The position numbers and the translations under genes are program-made. A DNA stretch of 41,210 bases, from assembly GCA_005883405.1 (NCBI GenBank), contig VBGG01000059.1, positions 1 to 41,210 of the forward strand. The letters run 5' to 3'. Below the pieces are notes generated by a model. That model worked only from the letters and a program-made list of their open reading frames with translations. It was not told where the DNA came from and did no database searches. The stretch comes from Chloroflexota bacterium (lineage in GTDB: Bacteria > Chloroflexota > UBA6077 > CF-72). Positions 26,104-34,937 of the stretch are shown piece by piece (positions within the stretch are counted from its first letter, which is position 1; every line of letters begins with the position of its first letter).

Positions 26104-27501
26104 ATGGTCTTGCAGTCCATCAACCCGGCCACGGAGGACGTCCTCCAGACGTTTGAAGAGTTCTCGGATGCGCAGATCGACGAGGCCTTGCAGCAGGCGC
26201 ACGATGCGCAGCGCCAGTGGCGCGAGACCTCCTTCGGCGAGCGTGCGGCGCGCCTCCAGGGGATCGCCCGCGTGCTTCGTGAGCAGAAAGACCGCTGGGC
26301 GCGGCTGGCCACCATGGAGATGGGCAAGCCGCTGGTCGAGGCCGAGGCGGAGGTCGAGAAGTGCGCGTGGAACTGTGACTTCTACGCCGAGCATGCCGCC
26401 ACGTTCCTGGCGGATGAGCACGTGGAAACCAACGCCAGCGACAGCTACGTCGCCTTTCAGCCGCTCGGCGTCGTCCTGGCGATTATGCCCTGGAACTTCC
26501 CCTTCTGGCAGGTCTTTCGGTTCGCGGCGCCGGCGCTGATGGCCGGCAACGGGGCGGTGCTCAAACACGCCTCGAATGTGCCGGGCTGCGCGCTGGCGAT
26601 CGAAGAGATCTGCAAGACCGGCGGCCTTCCCACCGGGCTCTTCCGCTCAGTGCTCGTGCCTGGCGCGAAGGTCGAGCCGCTGATTGCCGATCCGCGCATC
26701 CAGGCGGTCACCCTGACCGGTTCCAGCGACGTTGGCGAGCGCGTCGCGGGCGCAGGCGGTCGGAACCTCAAGAAGCAGGTGCTCGAGCTGGGCGGGTCCG
26801 ATCCGTTCATCGTCCTGGCCGACGCCGAGCTGGACGACGCGATCGCTAGCGCAGTCCGCGCGCGCAACCAGAACAACGGTCAGAGCTGCGTCGCCTCCAA
26901 GCGCTTCATCGTCGAAGAGCCCGTTGCCGATCAATTCACGGAGAAGTTCGCTGCCGCGGTGCAGGCGCTGCGCGTGGGCGACCCGATGCAGCGCGAGACG
27001 AATGTGGGTCCGCTGGCTCGCGACGATCTTCGCGAAACCCTTTCGCAACAGGTTGAGCGATCCGTGTCACGCGGCGCGCATACCGTCGTCGGCGGCAGCT
27101 CGCTGAACGGCAAGGGCTACTTCTTCGCGCCCACCGTCCTGGAGGGCGTAAACCCCGACATGCCAGCCTTCCGTGAGGAAACGTTTGGACCCGTGGCTGC
27201 CGTCGTTCTGGCGCCTGATCCGATCGAGGCCGTGCGGCTGGCCAACGACACCGAGTACGGACTTGGCGCGGCGCTGTGGACGCGCGATATCGGGCGGGCG
27301 AAAGAGCTCGCTCGCCACATCGAAGCTGGCAGCGTCTTCATCAACGGCATGGTCGCGTCTGATCCGCGTCTGCCGTTTGGTGGGATCAAGCGCAGCGGCT
27401 ACGGCCGCGAGTTGGGCGTGTACGGTATCCGCGAGTTCGTCAACATTCAGACCGTCGTCGTGGGCCAGCCTTCGGCTCCACAGCGCAAGCCAAGCGAGTG
27501 A
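26104..27501 (+). CDS. NAD(P)-dependent aldehyde dehydrogenase, succinate-semialdehyde dehydrogenase-like
   Basis: PWNFPFWQVFRFAAPALMAGN, catalytic Glu in LELGGSDPF, and catalytic Cys in NNGQSCVASKRF. ATG 26104 follows GGAGAG; the track start GTG 26095 is also possible. Confidence 0.9.
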   Translation: MVLQSINPATEDVLQTFEEFSDAQIDEALQQAHDAQRQWRETSFGERAARLQGIARVLREQKDRWARLATMEMGKPLVEAEAEVEKCAWNCDFYAEHAATFLADEHVETNASDSYVAFQPLGVVLAIMPWNFPFWQVFRFAAPALMAGNGAVLKHASNVPGCALAIEEICKTGGLPTGLFRSVLVPGAKVEPLIADPRIQAVTLTGSSDVGERVAGAGGRNLKKQVLELGGSDPFIVLADAELDDAIASAVRARNQNNGQSCVASKRFIVEEPVADQFTEKFAAAVQALRVGDPMQRETNVGPLARDDLRETLSQQVERSVSRGAHTVVGGSSLNGKGYFFAPTVLEGVNPDMPAFREETFGPVAAVVLAPDPIEAVRLANDTEYGLGAALWTRDIGRAKELARHIEAGSVFINGMVASDPRLPFGGIKRSGYGRELGVYGIREFVNIQTVVVGQPSAPQRKPSE

Positions 27502-29171
27502 CCGTGGCACCAGCAGCCGATGCGCTGAGGCACCTGGCAGACGAGTACTGGGAAGGCGTTCTGCGCCGAAATCCAGTCCTGGCCACCTTCCTGGGCGACT
27601 ACCGCTACAACGACCGCTTGCCGGACGTTGGACCGCGCCGCCGCGCCGAGGAGGAGGCCGACCTGCGCGCGGTGCTGAGCGGGCTCCAGCCGCTCGCCGC
27701 CGTGCCGTTCGACATCGAGGATCGCATCACCTGGGACATGCTGCGACTGGCCATCCAGACCGGTCTCGACGCCCTGCGGCTGAGGCTGGACGAGATGAGC
27801 GTCGACCAGATGGACGGCCCCCAAGTGTGGCTGCTGGAGCTGCTCAACTGGCATCCAACCGACACGCCCGAGCACGTCCAACAGTTGATCGCCCGCTATC
27901 GCGCCTTCGACCGCTACATGGACCAGTACCTTGATGCGCTGCGCGATGGCATCAAGGACGCACGCACCGCGCCGACCATCGCCGTCGAGCGGGTGATCGC
28001 GCAGCTGCGCGCGCTCCTCGGCACGCCCGTCGACGAATCGCCGCTGCTGAGCCCGGCGGCAACGCAACCCGAGCCCCTTGCTCGAGGCATGCGAGAGGCG
28101 GTTGTCGAGGTCGTCTACCCCGCGTTCCAGCGCATGCTCGACTTCCTGGCCGACTATCTGACGCGTCATGCGCGGCGGGATCCGGGCGTCTGGGCGGTGG
28201 CCGACGGCGACGAGATCTATTCGCTGCTCGCCCGCCAGCACACCACGACGGAGCTCAGCCCGGACGAGCTGCACCAGATGGGGGCCGACGATCTGGCTGA
28301 GATCCATCGCGAAATGCGCGCGATCATGAATCGCCGCGGCGCGCCCGCGACCTCGCTCCGCGGCTTCACCGAGCAGCTCACGCGCGACCCGGCCAACTTG
28401 CCTTCAGGTCGCGATGAGCTGATCCAGATCGCCGAGCAGCTGCTCGCGACGGCTGGAGCGGCCCTGCCCCGCGCGTTCGGACGATTACCGCGCATGCCGA
28501 TCGTGGTCATGCCCATCGAGCCGTACCGCGAGCGAGATGCCCCAGCAGCTTTCTACTTCCAGGGCTCCGAAGACGGATCGCGGCCCGGCATCTTCTACAT
28601 CAACACCTTCGAGCCATCCGCGCGACCAAAGCACACCCTTCCAGCGCTCGCGTTCCACGAGGGCGTGCCCGGTCACCACCTGCAAGTGGCGCTCGCGCAG
28701 GAAGCGGCAGACCTGCCCGCGTTTCGCCGCCTGAGCGCCGGCTGGCTTGGCAACGCGTTCGTCGAGGGCTGGGCGCTGTACACGGAACGTCTGGCCGACG
28801 AGCTTGGCCTGTACGCCGACGAGCTGGCCCGCTACGGCATGCTGGGCTACCAGGCCTGGCGCGCCTGCCGCCTGGTGGTCGACACTGGCCTGCACCACCT
28901 GCGCTGGTCGCGCGAACGCGCCATCGAGTTCTTCCTCGAAAACGTCGGACTCACCGAGCGCGAGACCTTCAACGAGGTCGATCGATACATCGTCTGGCCA
29001 GGCCAGGCGCTGGCGTACAAGGTTGGCCAGCGCGAGATCGAGCGGCTGCGCTCCCAGCAACAGGCTGCGCTCGGACCACGTTTCGACCTCCGCACGTTCC
29101 ACGACGACCTGCTGCGACACGCCGCGGTGCCACTCTCAACGTTGCCCCTTCTGATCACTGACAGCTGCTAG
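27498..29171 (+). CDS. DUF885-family protein (putative metallopeptidase fold)
   Basis: The 557-aa ORF overlaps the ALDH stop (GTGA). HEGVPGHHLQ and EGWALYTERL are the DUF885 signature as I recall it. Confidence 0.8.
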   Translation: MTVAPAADALRHLADEYWEGVLRRNPVLATFLGDYRYNDRLPDVGPRRRAEEEADLRAVLSGLQPLAAVPFDIEDRITWDMLRLAIQTGLDALRLRLDEMSVDQMDGPQVWLLELLNWHPTDTPEHVQQLIARYRAFDRYMDQYLDALRDGIKDARTAPTIAVERVIAQLRALLGTPVDESPLLSPAATQPEPLARGMREAVVEVVYPAFQRMLDFLADYLTRHARRDPGVWAVADGDEIYSLLARQHTTTELSPDELHQMGADDLAEIHREMRAIMNRRGAPATSLRGFTEQLTRDPANLPSGRDELIQIAEQLLATAGAALPRAFGRLPRMPIVVMPIEPYRERDAPAAFYFQGSEDGSRPGIFYINTFEPSARPKHTLPALAFHEGVPGHHLQVALAQEAADLPAFRRLSAGWLGNAFVEGWALYTERLADELGLYADELARYGMLGYQAWRACRLVVDTGLHHLRWSRERAIEFFLENVGLTERETFNEVDRYIVWPGQALAYKVGQREIERLRSQQQAALGPRFDLRTFHDDLLRHAAVPLSTLPLLITDSC

Positions 29172-29192
29172 CTGGTAGCTGACGGCTGACAG
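29151..29192. repeat. Heptamer tandem array (6 units CTGATCA CTGACAG CTGCTAG CTGGTAG CTGACGG CTGACAG)
   Basis: Read directly. It spans the last 6 codons and the TAG stop (29169-29171) of the DUF885 gene. Same unit family as 5041-5068 and 5146-5173. The 12-mer GCTGACGGCTGA recurs at 5152-5163, 29178-29189 and, inverted, at 5058-5069. Confidence 0.75.
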
Positions 29193-29241
29193 CTCGGCCG
29201 AAACTTCGAAACACCCGCTGCGGGACGGGTAGACTTTGTCG

Positions 29242-30219
29242 ATGCAGCTCGTGTTGGGCGAGCCGCCTGGCGGGCTCCGCAAGCCCGTCCTCCTGGCAGG
29301 CTTCGGTGGTTGGGGCGACGCTGGCAGCGCCGCAAGTATTGCCTTGCGGCACGTCCTGGGCGATCCGTCGCCACCCGCTTCGGCGATGCTCGACCCCTCG
29401 GCGTGCTACGACTTCACGGTCGCGCGGCCGCTGTCGACCCGCTCTGCCGACGGTCGGCGCTGGTCGCTCGAGTACCCGAAGATCGCCTTTTATCCGTTGC
29501 CGCTGCCCGGCGCCGAGCGCGATCTGCTCGTGCTGTTAGGTCCTGAGCCGCACTTCCGCTGGCCCGAGCTGGCGCCGGCCATCATCAATTACGCGCGCGC
29601 GGCAGGCGTCGAGTCGATGATCACGCTCGGTGCCTATGTTGGACCAGTGAGCCATCACGTCGCGCCGGTCGTGCGGCGTACGCTGGACGCTTCGCTGGGC
29701 GACCGCTTGGCCGAGCTCGAGCTGCAGGACACGGACTACGAGGGGCCGACCGCGTTTGTCACCGCCTTGCTGCACGCCGCCGCGGCTGGTGGCATCACAG
29801 CCGCAAGCCTCTGGGTTGCCACGCCGCCATACCTGCAGGCGGGCAATCCGGTGGCCGCGCTGGCGCTGCTCGAAGCGACCGGCAAGGTAACCCGTTTGCC
29901 GATGTCGATCGAGCGCCTGCGGGAGGTCGCCGATACCTTCCTGCACGACGTCGAAGCCGCGCTCGAAGAGCATCCCGAGCTCGCCGAGCAGCTCAAAGAG
30001 ATGCTCGAGGCGGAAGAGGACGACGACGACGAGGATGACGACGGTTTCGAAGTCGAACGCCACGCGCATTGGCGCGGCCCAGATCCAGATCGACCGCCGC
30101 CCGACGCGCCGCCAGGCCTGCCGACGGGCAAGGCGCTGGTAGAGGCAGTCGAGAAGTACCTGCGCGAGCGCAAGGACGATGGCGACCACAAGCCGCCATC
30201 GTCAGGCCCCGCGGTTTAA
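29242..30219 (+). CDS. PAC2-family (proteasome assembly chaperone 2-like) protein with acidic C-terminal tail
   Basis: KPVLLAGFGGWGDAGSAAS is the typical N-terminal PAC2 motif. The poly-acidic stretch EAEEDDDDEDDDGFE lies near the C-terminus. ATG 29242; the track start is TTG 29236. Confidence 0.75.
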   Translation: MQLVLGEPPGGLRKPVLLAGFGGWGDAGSAASIALRHVLGDPSPPASAMLDPSACYDFTVARPLSTRSADGRRWSLEYPKIAFYPLPLPGAERDLLVLLGPEPHFRWPELAPAIINYARAAGVESMITLGAYVGPVSHHVAPVVRRTLDASLGDRLAELELQDTDYEGPTAFVTALLHAAAAGGITAASLWVATPPYLQAGNPVAALALLEATGKVTRLPMSIERLREVADTFLHDVEAALEEHPELAEQLKEMLEAEEDDDDEDDDGFEVERHAHWRGPDPDRPPPDAPPGLPTGKALVEAVEKYLRERKDDGDHKPPSSGPAV

Positions 30220-30227
30220 GAGATCCG

Positions 30228-30342
30228 CCTCTCCCTCTGGGAGTGGATTAAACGGCGCGCAGCGCGGGTGAGCGGTGCATAAGAGCGGAAACGTTCGTGC
30301 TCGTAAGCACCCCTCACCCCAGCCCTCTCCCAGAGGGAGAGG
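30228..30342. repeat. REP/MITE-like element, copy E
   Basis: The left module is degenerate (CCTCTCCCTCTGGGAGTGG plus ATTAAACGG). The arms are GGGTGAGCGGTGC / GCACCCCTCACCCC. The right module CCTCTCCCAGAGGGAGAGG is exact. It lies between convergent PAC2 and ADH genes. Confidence 0.9.
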
Positions 30343-30354
30343 GGGCGGCGATTC

Positions 30355-31413
30355 TTAGAGCCCGTTGGGCGTCAAGAAGACGCGATAGGTGTCGGGCCGC
30401 GCCGCCGCGGCGAAGGCGCGCTCGAGCTGCCGGAGCGGGAAGGAACCGCTCAGCACCGGCTTGAGGTCGATCGTCTGGTGGGCGATCGACCACACCGCAT
30501 CCAGAAAGTCCTCGTGGTCCTGCGCCAGCGAACCGCTGAGCACCACCTCCTTGTGGTGAAACACGTTGGGATCGACCTGGATCGACGTGCCGCGCGGGTG
30601 GACACTGGCGTACACCGACACGCTGCCGCGCTTGGCGGCGGCCTGGATGGCGTGCTCGATGACAGCCGGCAGGCCAATGGCGATGTACTGCACGCTCGCG
30701 CCGCGCCCCTCGGTGAGCCGCCGCACGGCCTCCACGTAGTCCTCCGTCGACGGATCGATCACGGCGTGCGCGCCCATCTCGTGCGCCTTGGCGCGCCTGG
30801 TGGGGTCCGGCTCCGAGACGACGACCAGCGCGCCGCTGTTGTGCAGCGCGGCCAGGTGCAGCAAGCCCATGATGCCCGCGCCGACGATCACCGCGGTGTC
30901 GCCGCGCCGCGGCATGAAGCGCTTGACATCGTGGAGCACGCACGCCAGCGGCTCGGCCAGCGCCGCTTCGAACGGGTGGACTCGTTTCGGGTAGCGGTAG
31001 ATCTGGTAGCCGTCGACCAACGCGTACTCGCCAAATCCGGCCGGGCCCGACGGTCTGCCAGGCTCCCGCGGCATGTGCTGGTTGTCGCACAGGTTGTCGT
31101 AGCCGCGACGACACGCCCAGCACTCACCGCAGCGCCGCAGCCCGGCCACGGCGACCTGGTCGCCAGGCGCAAGCGGCTGCATGACGCCGGCGCCGATGGC
31201 CACGACGTCGCCCGAGAACTCGTGGCCGCCGAGGAGCGGGTACGACCAGTGATCGATGCCCGAGTACACCCGCTGCTCCCACGTGCACAGCGCCGCCGCG
31301 GCGACCTTCAGCAGCACCTGGCGCGGCCCAGGTTCTGGGAGCGCCACCTCCTCGAACTCGATCTGGCGTGGTCCGGTGATCACCGACCGTCGATAGGTCG
31401 ATGGCTGGCTCAC
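30355..31413 (-). CDS. Zinc-dependent alcohol/polyol dehydrogenase (MDR superfamily)
   Basis: GGHEFSGDVVAIG (GHE motif), the structural-zinc Cys cluster CGECWACRRGYDNLC, and the Rossmann signature VIVGAGIMG. The GTG start overlaps the aldolase stop (GTGA). Confidence 0.9.
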   Translation of the reverse strand: MSQPSTYRRSVITGPRQIEFEEVALPEPGPRQVLLKVAAAALCTWEQRVYSGIDHWSYPLLGGHEFSGDVVAIGAGVMQPLAPGDQVAVAGLRRCGECWACRRGYDNLCDNQHMPREPGRPSGPAGFGEYALVDGYQIYRYPKRVHPFEAALAEPLACVLHDVKRFMPRRGDTAVIVGAGIMGLLHLAALHNSGALVVVSEPDPTRRAKAHEMGAHAVIDPSTEDYVEAVRRLTEGRGASVQYIAIGLPAVIEHAIQAAAKRGSVSVYASVHPRGTSIQVDPNVFHHKEVVLSGSLAQDHEDFLDAVWSIAHQTIDLKPVLSGSFPLRQLERAFAAAARPDTYRVFLTPNGL

Positions 31414-32144
31414 GCGTGAACCACCTCAGCCAGCCGCGCCGTGATCGCGGCCGGGTCGGGATGGCCCCAGATGTTGCGCCCGAACGCGATACCCGCCACG
31501 CCGGCCGCGAGCGCCTCGTCGACCTGGCGCACCAGGCAGTCGTCGTCCGCGGCCCGCGCTCCACCCAGGATGATCACCGGCACGGTGGCGCCCTCGACCA
31601 CGCGGCGCATGCTTTCGGGATCGCCTGTATACAACGTCTTGACGTAGTCGGCGCCCATCTCGGCAGCCTGGCGGCAGACCGTGGCGATGCTCTGGGGCGT
31701 GTGTAGATCGGGCTTGTCGAAGCCGCCCGGGATGACTTCGGCCTGGAACGGAACTCCCCAGCGGTCGCAGATCAGCGCGTAGCGTTCCAGCGCGCTCCAC
31801 TGCGCCCCATCGCCGGACACCGCCAGCACCTTGACCGAGTCAGCCCCGAGCCGCAGCGCGCTCAGCACCTGCTCCTCCGGCTCCGACGCATGGACGTCAA
31901 GGCTCAGCACGAGGGCCGCCCGGCGAAGCACCTCAGGCGCGAGGCTCGCGCGGCGGGCGGTGCCGAAGGTGGTCATGACCGCGTCCGCGCCAGCGCCGAC
32001 GACCGACGCCATCGTCTGCAGATCGAGGCCGTGCGTGGGGCCCATGAAGCCGGCGTGGTCCATAGCCACCAGAAGCAAGCGGCCATCGGCCTGGAAGAGG
32101 CGGCGCATGCGCAGCGCCTTGGGGCCTGCAAATTTTTGCAGCAA
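31410..32144 (-). CDS. Class I aldolase family protein (DhnA/FbaB/LsrF-like)
   Basis: RLFQADGRLLLVAMDHAGFMGP, a Schiff-base-type Lys context in GADYVKTLYTG, and PVIILGGAR...GIAFGRNIW. The TTG start at 32144 is tentative; ATG 32108 is an alternative. Confidence 0.8.
   Translation of the reverse strand: MLQKFAGPKALRMRRLFQADGRLLLVAMDHAGFMGPTHGLDLQTMASVVGAGADAVMTTFGTARRASLAPEVLRRAALVLSLDVHASEPEEQVLSALRLGADSVKVLAVSGDGAQWSALERYALICDRWGVPFQAEVIPGGFDKPDLHTPQSIATVCRQAAEMGADYVKTLYTGDPESMRRVVEGATVPVIILGGARAADDDCLVRQVDEALAAGVAGIAFGRNIWGHPDPAAITARLAEVVHA
32127..32142. promoter_or_regulatory. Candidate operator, quasi-palindrome TGCAAATTTTTGCAGC
   Basis: An AT-rich 16-mer overlaps the aldolase start. It matches the site in the divergent sorC/SBP spacer at 13 of 16 positions. 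Confidence 0.3.
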
Positions 32145-32171
32145 CGAATCGCGGGTCGTCGTAGCCGACGA

Positions 32172-33167
32172 TTATACGGCCAGCTGCTGCAGTCGCTCGG
32201 CCGCGAGCTGGTCGGTCACCAGCACGCGCGGCACCCCCGTGCGCACCGCGCCGAGCAAGCTCGCCGCCTTGTTGACGCCGCCGGCCACCGCCACCACGCA
32301 TGGCACCCTGCGCAGGCTCTCGACCGGGATGGACAGCGTGCGGCGGCTGACCTCCTGCTCGACGAAGTGGCCCTCGCCGTCGAACATGTGCGCGCACAGG
32401 TCGCCGACCACGCCATCCCGGCGCAGCTCGAGCTGGACCTCGGCGGACAACATACCCATCACCGAGGGGTAGTCCGGGGGGAGACCGCCGGGCGCCGCGC
32501 CGACCCCGACAACTGCCAGGCGCAGCTCCGACCAGCGCGCCGTCACCGGGCGGATGCTGCGGTCGAGCAGCAGCGCGTCCCGCGTATCGGCGCGTTCGAC
32601 CACCATCGGCGCTGGCAGCGACAGCGCGCGAGCCCCGAGCCGCAGCGCCGCGTCGCGGCAGACCTGGTCATTGTGCAGGTGAGCTCCGCCGTCGACCCAG
32701 TTGCCCTGCAGTGGCACGAGCGTCAGGTCGGTATCGGGCAACGGCTCGAGGGCACCTGCCAGTTGGGCCACGGTGTATCCGCCCGAGAAGCCGACCACCC
32801 CTTCGCGCGGCAACAGACGCGGCAGCACGCGAGCGGCCATCAGCGCGACGACGCGGCTGGCCACCGATGGCTCGGACACCCGAGCGGGCGCGACGTACAC
32901 GGCCTGCAGCCCGAACCGCCGCTTCAGGGCGCACTCCAGCTCGGAGTCGCCAACGCGCGACGGCGAGACGTGGATGGTGACGATGCCCTGGCGCCGCGCT
33001 TCGGCCAGCAGGCGCGAGACCTTGGAGACGGAGGTGCCGATCAGCGCGGCGATCTCGGCCTGGCCCTGCTGCTGGAGGTAGTAGAGGTCCGCCACCCAGC
33101 GCAGCAGCTCGTGCTGCTCATGGACTTCGGACGAATTCGGCCGGCGCGGCCGCGGCGCGCTTACCAT
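32172..33167 (-). CDS. SorC/DeoR-type sugar-binding transcriptional regulator (LsrR-like architecture)
   Basis: The N-terminal HTH reads LLRWVADLYYLQQQGQAEIAALIGTSVSKVSRLLAEARRQGIV. The C-terminal sugar-phosphate-binding domain reads GFSGGYTV...VVAVAGGVNKA. Start set at ATG 33167; the track ORF extends 104 codons upstream across the intergenic region. Confidence 0.85.
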   Translation of the reverse strand: MVSAPRPRRPNSSEVHEQHELLRWVADLYYLQQQGQAEIAALIGTSVSKVSRLLAEARRQGIVTIHVSPSRVGDSELECALKRRFGLQAVYVAPARVSEPSVASRVVALMAARVLPRLLPREGVVGFSGGYTVAQLAGALEPLPDTDLTLVPLQGNWVDGGAHLHNDQVCRDAALRLGARALSLPAPMVVERADTRDALLLDRSIRPVTARWSELRLAVVGVGAAPGGLPPDYPSVMGMLSAEVQLELRRDGVVGDLCAHMFDGEGHFVEQEVSRRTLSIPVESLRRVPCVVAVAGGVNKAASLLGAVRTGVPRVLVTDQLAAERLQQLAV

Positions 33168-33210
33168 GGCAGGGTTGACAGTCGGCCTCCGGTTTGGGAA
33201 GCATATCGGG

Positions 33211-33226
33211 TGCAAAGATTTGCTGC
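33211..33226. promoter_or_regulatory. Candidate operator TGCAAAGATTTGCTGC (plus half-site TTGCAGCA at 33233-33240)
   Basis: It lies in the 106-bp divergent spacer between sorC and the binding-protein gene. It is AT-rich in a GC-rich background. A TTGACA hexamer lies at 33174-33179. Confidence 0.35.
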
Positions 33227-33273
33227 GAATTCTTGCAGCACCCCGCTGATCACCCTCCCTGGAGGTGGGCCCT

Positions 33274-34836
33274 ATGGGAAAACTCCACGCCCGCGGCGCG
33301 CTCGCCTTGACCCTCACGCTCCTGCCGCTCCTCGCCAGCGGCCACGCGGTCGGCGCGACCCCGGCTGACCAGTCGCCCGCGCCGCTGGTCATCGACACCA
33401 CCGCCGAAGCCGAGAGTCTCGATCCGGCGCTGGTGACGCAGGTCTCGGGCTTCTCAATCATGGGCTCCCTCTTCGACAACCTGGTCGAACGTGATTACGG
33501 CGGCGCGCTCGTGCCGATGCTGGCCGAGTCGTGGAGCTTTCCCGATCCGAACACTATCGAGTTCAAGCTGCGCCAGGGGGTAAGCTTCCACAATGGCGAG
33601 CCCTTCAACGCTACCGCGGTCAAGTTCAGCATCGATCGTCTGCTCGATCCCGAGCTGAAATCGCCACTGGCGGGCGGCTGGCCCAAAGCGTTCCAGAGCG
33701 TCGAAGTCGTCGACGACAGCACCGTTCGCTTCCACCTGTCGCAACCGGACGCTACGATCTTTGACGCGCTCGCCCTGAGCGCCTCCATCGTTCCGCCGAA
33801 CTACTACTCGCAGAACTCTGAGGACTTCCTGGCGCAGCATCCGGTCGGCACCGGTCCGTTCACCTTCGTCGAGTCGGTGCGCGACGACCACACCACGCTG
33901 GCCCGCAATCCGAGCTACTGGGGTGTGGACACGTACAAGGGCAGCCCGCAGGTACCGGTGGTCACCTTCCGCCCGGTGCCCGACGCCGGCACCCGCGTGG
34001 CCGACCTGCTCAACGGCACCGCGGACATGATCCTCGACCTCGTGCCTGATGACCTGGACACGCTGCGCGCCCGCGCAGGTGATGGCTTCCAGGTGGTTAC
34101 GGGCAACGCGGCCAAGCTGCAATTCATCGAGTTCATGCCCAAGAAGGAGACCGACCCGCTGGCCGATCGACGCGTCCGCCAGGCGCTCAACTACGCGGTT
34201 GACGTGGATGCGATCGTCGCCAACCTGTTCCACGGGCTCGGCAAACGCCAGTCCAGCCCGATCCTCGAGGGCGCGCTTGGTCATGATCAAGGCCTGGCGG
34301 CCTACGAGTACAACCCCACCTTTGCCAGGCAGCTGCTGGCGGCCGCTGGCTTTCCCAACGGCTTCAGCGCAACGATGGACCTGTCGACGTCCGAGAGTCC
34401 GTCGGAGGCGCTGGCGGTCATCGGTCAGCTGCAGCAGGTGGGGGTCACGATAGAGCCGAAGACGCTGGAGCTGGCGACGTTCAATGCCAACTGGAGCCAG
34501 GACAAGTCGGGCGACCTGCGCATCGCGCGTTGGGGCGGCCTGCAGGACCCGGCCGTCTTCCTGAACTTCACCACCGTGTGCGGTGGTTTTCTGGCGGACC
34601 AGTTCACCTGCGACCAGGACGCCACCGCGCTGGCTCGTCAGGCGGCGAATACGCTCGACCAGGATACGCGAGCCGGTCTCTATTCCCAGGTCGCGCGGCT
34701 GCTGCACGACGACCCGATGGGCATCTACCTGGCCAACGACGTCAGCGTCTACGGCCTCGGCCCGCGCGTCCAGGGCTGGCGCGGCCCCACCGGCCGCGAC
34801 TACCTCATCCCCACCAACATCACGCTCTCCCAGTAG
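33274..34836 (+). CDS. ABC transporter substrate-binding protein, family 5 (peptide/opine/nickel type)
   Basis: ATG 33274 lies 8 nt after GGAGG. The signal peptide is MGKLHARGALALTLTLLPLLASGHAVGA. The SBP_bac_5-like body reads LVERDYGGALVPMLAESWSF and WKFKLRQGV-like EFKLRQGVSFHNGEPF. Confidence 0.9.
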   Translation: MGKLHARGALALTLTLLPLLASGHAVGATPADQSPAPLVIDTTAEAESLDPALVTQVSGFSIMGSLFDNLVERDYGGALVPMLAESWSFPDPNTIEFKLRQGVSFHNGEPFNATAVKFSIDRLLDPELKSPLAGGWPKAFQSVEVVDDSTVRFHLSQPDATIFDALALSASIVPPNYYSQNSEDFLAQHPVGTGPFTFVESVRDDHTTLARNPSYWGVDTYKGSPQVPVVTFRPVPDAGTRVADLLNGTADMILDLVPDDLDTLRARAGDGFQVVTGNAAKLQFIEFMPKKETDPLADRRVRQALNYAVDVDAIVANLFHGLGKRQSSPILEGALGHDQGLAAYEYNPTFARQLLAAAGFPNGFSATMDLSTSESPSEALAVIGQLQQVGVTIEPKTLELATFNANWSQDKSGDLRIARWGGLQDPAVFLNFTTVCGGFLADQFTCDQDATALARQAANTLDQDTRAGLYSQVARLLHDDPMGIYLANDVSVYGLGPRVQGWRGPTGRDYLIPTNITLSQ

Positions 34837-34937
34837 GCCTCCGCCAGCTTTGCCCACCCTGGCACCTCGCCTTCGACAGGTCAGTGCACCCTGCTGCGCG
34901 TCCGTGGGCGAGCATGTGAACTGAAAGCCACCGTCGC

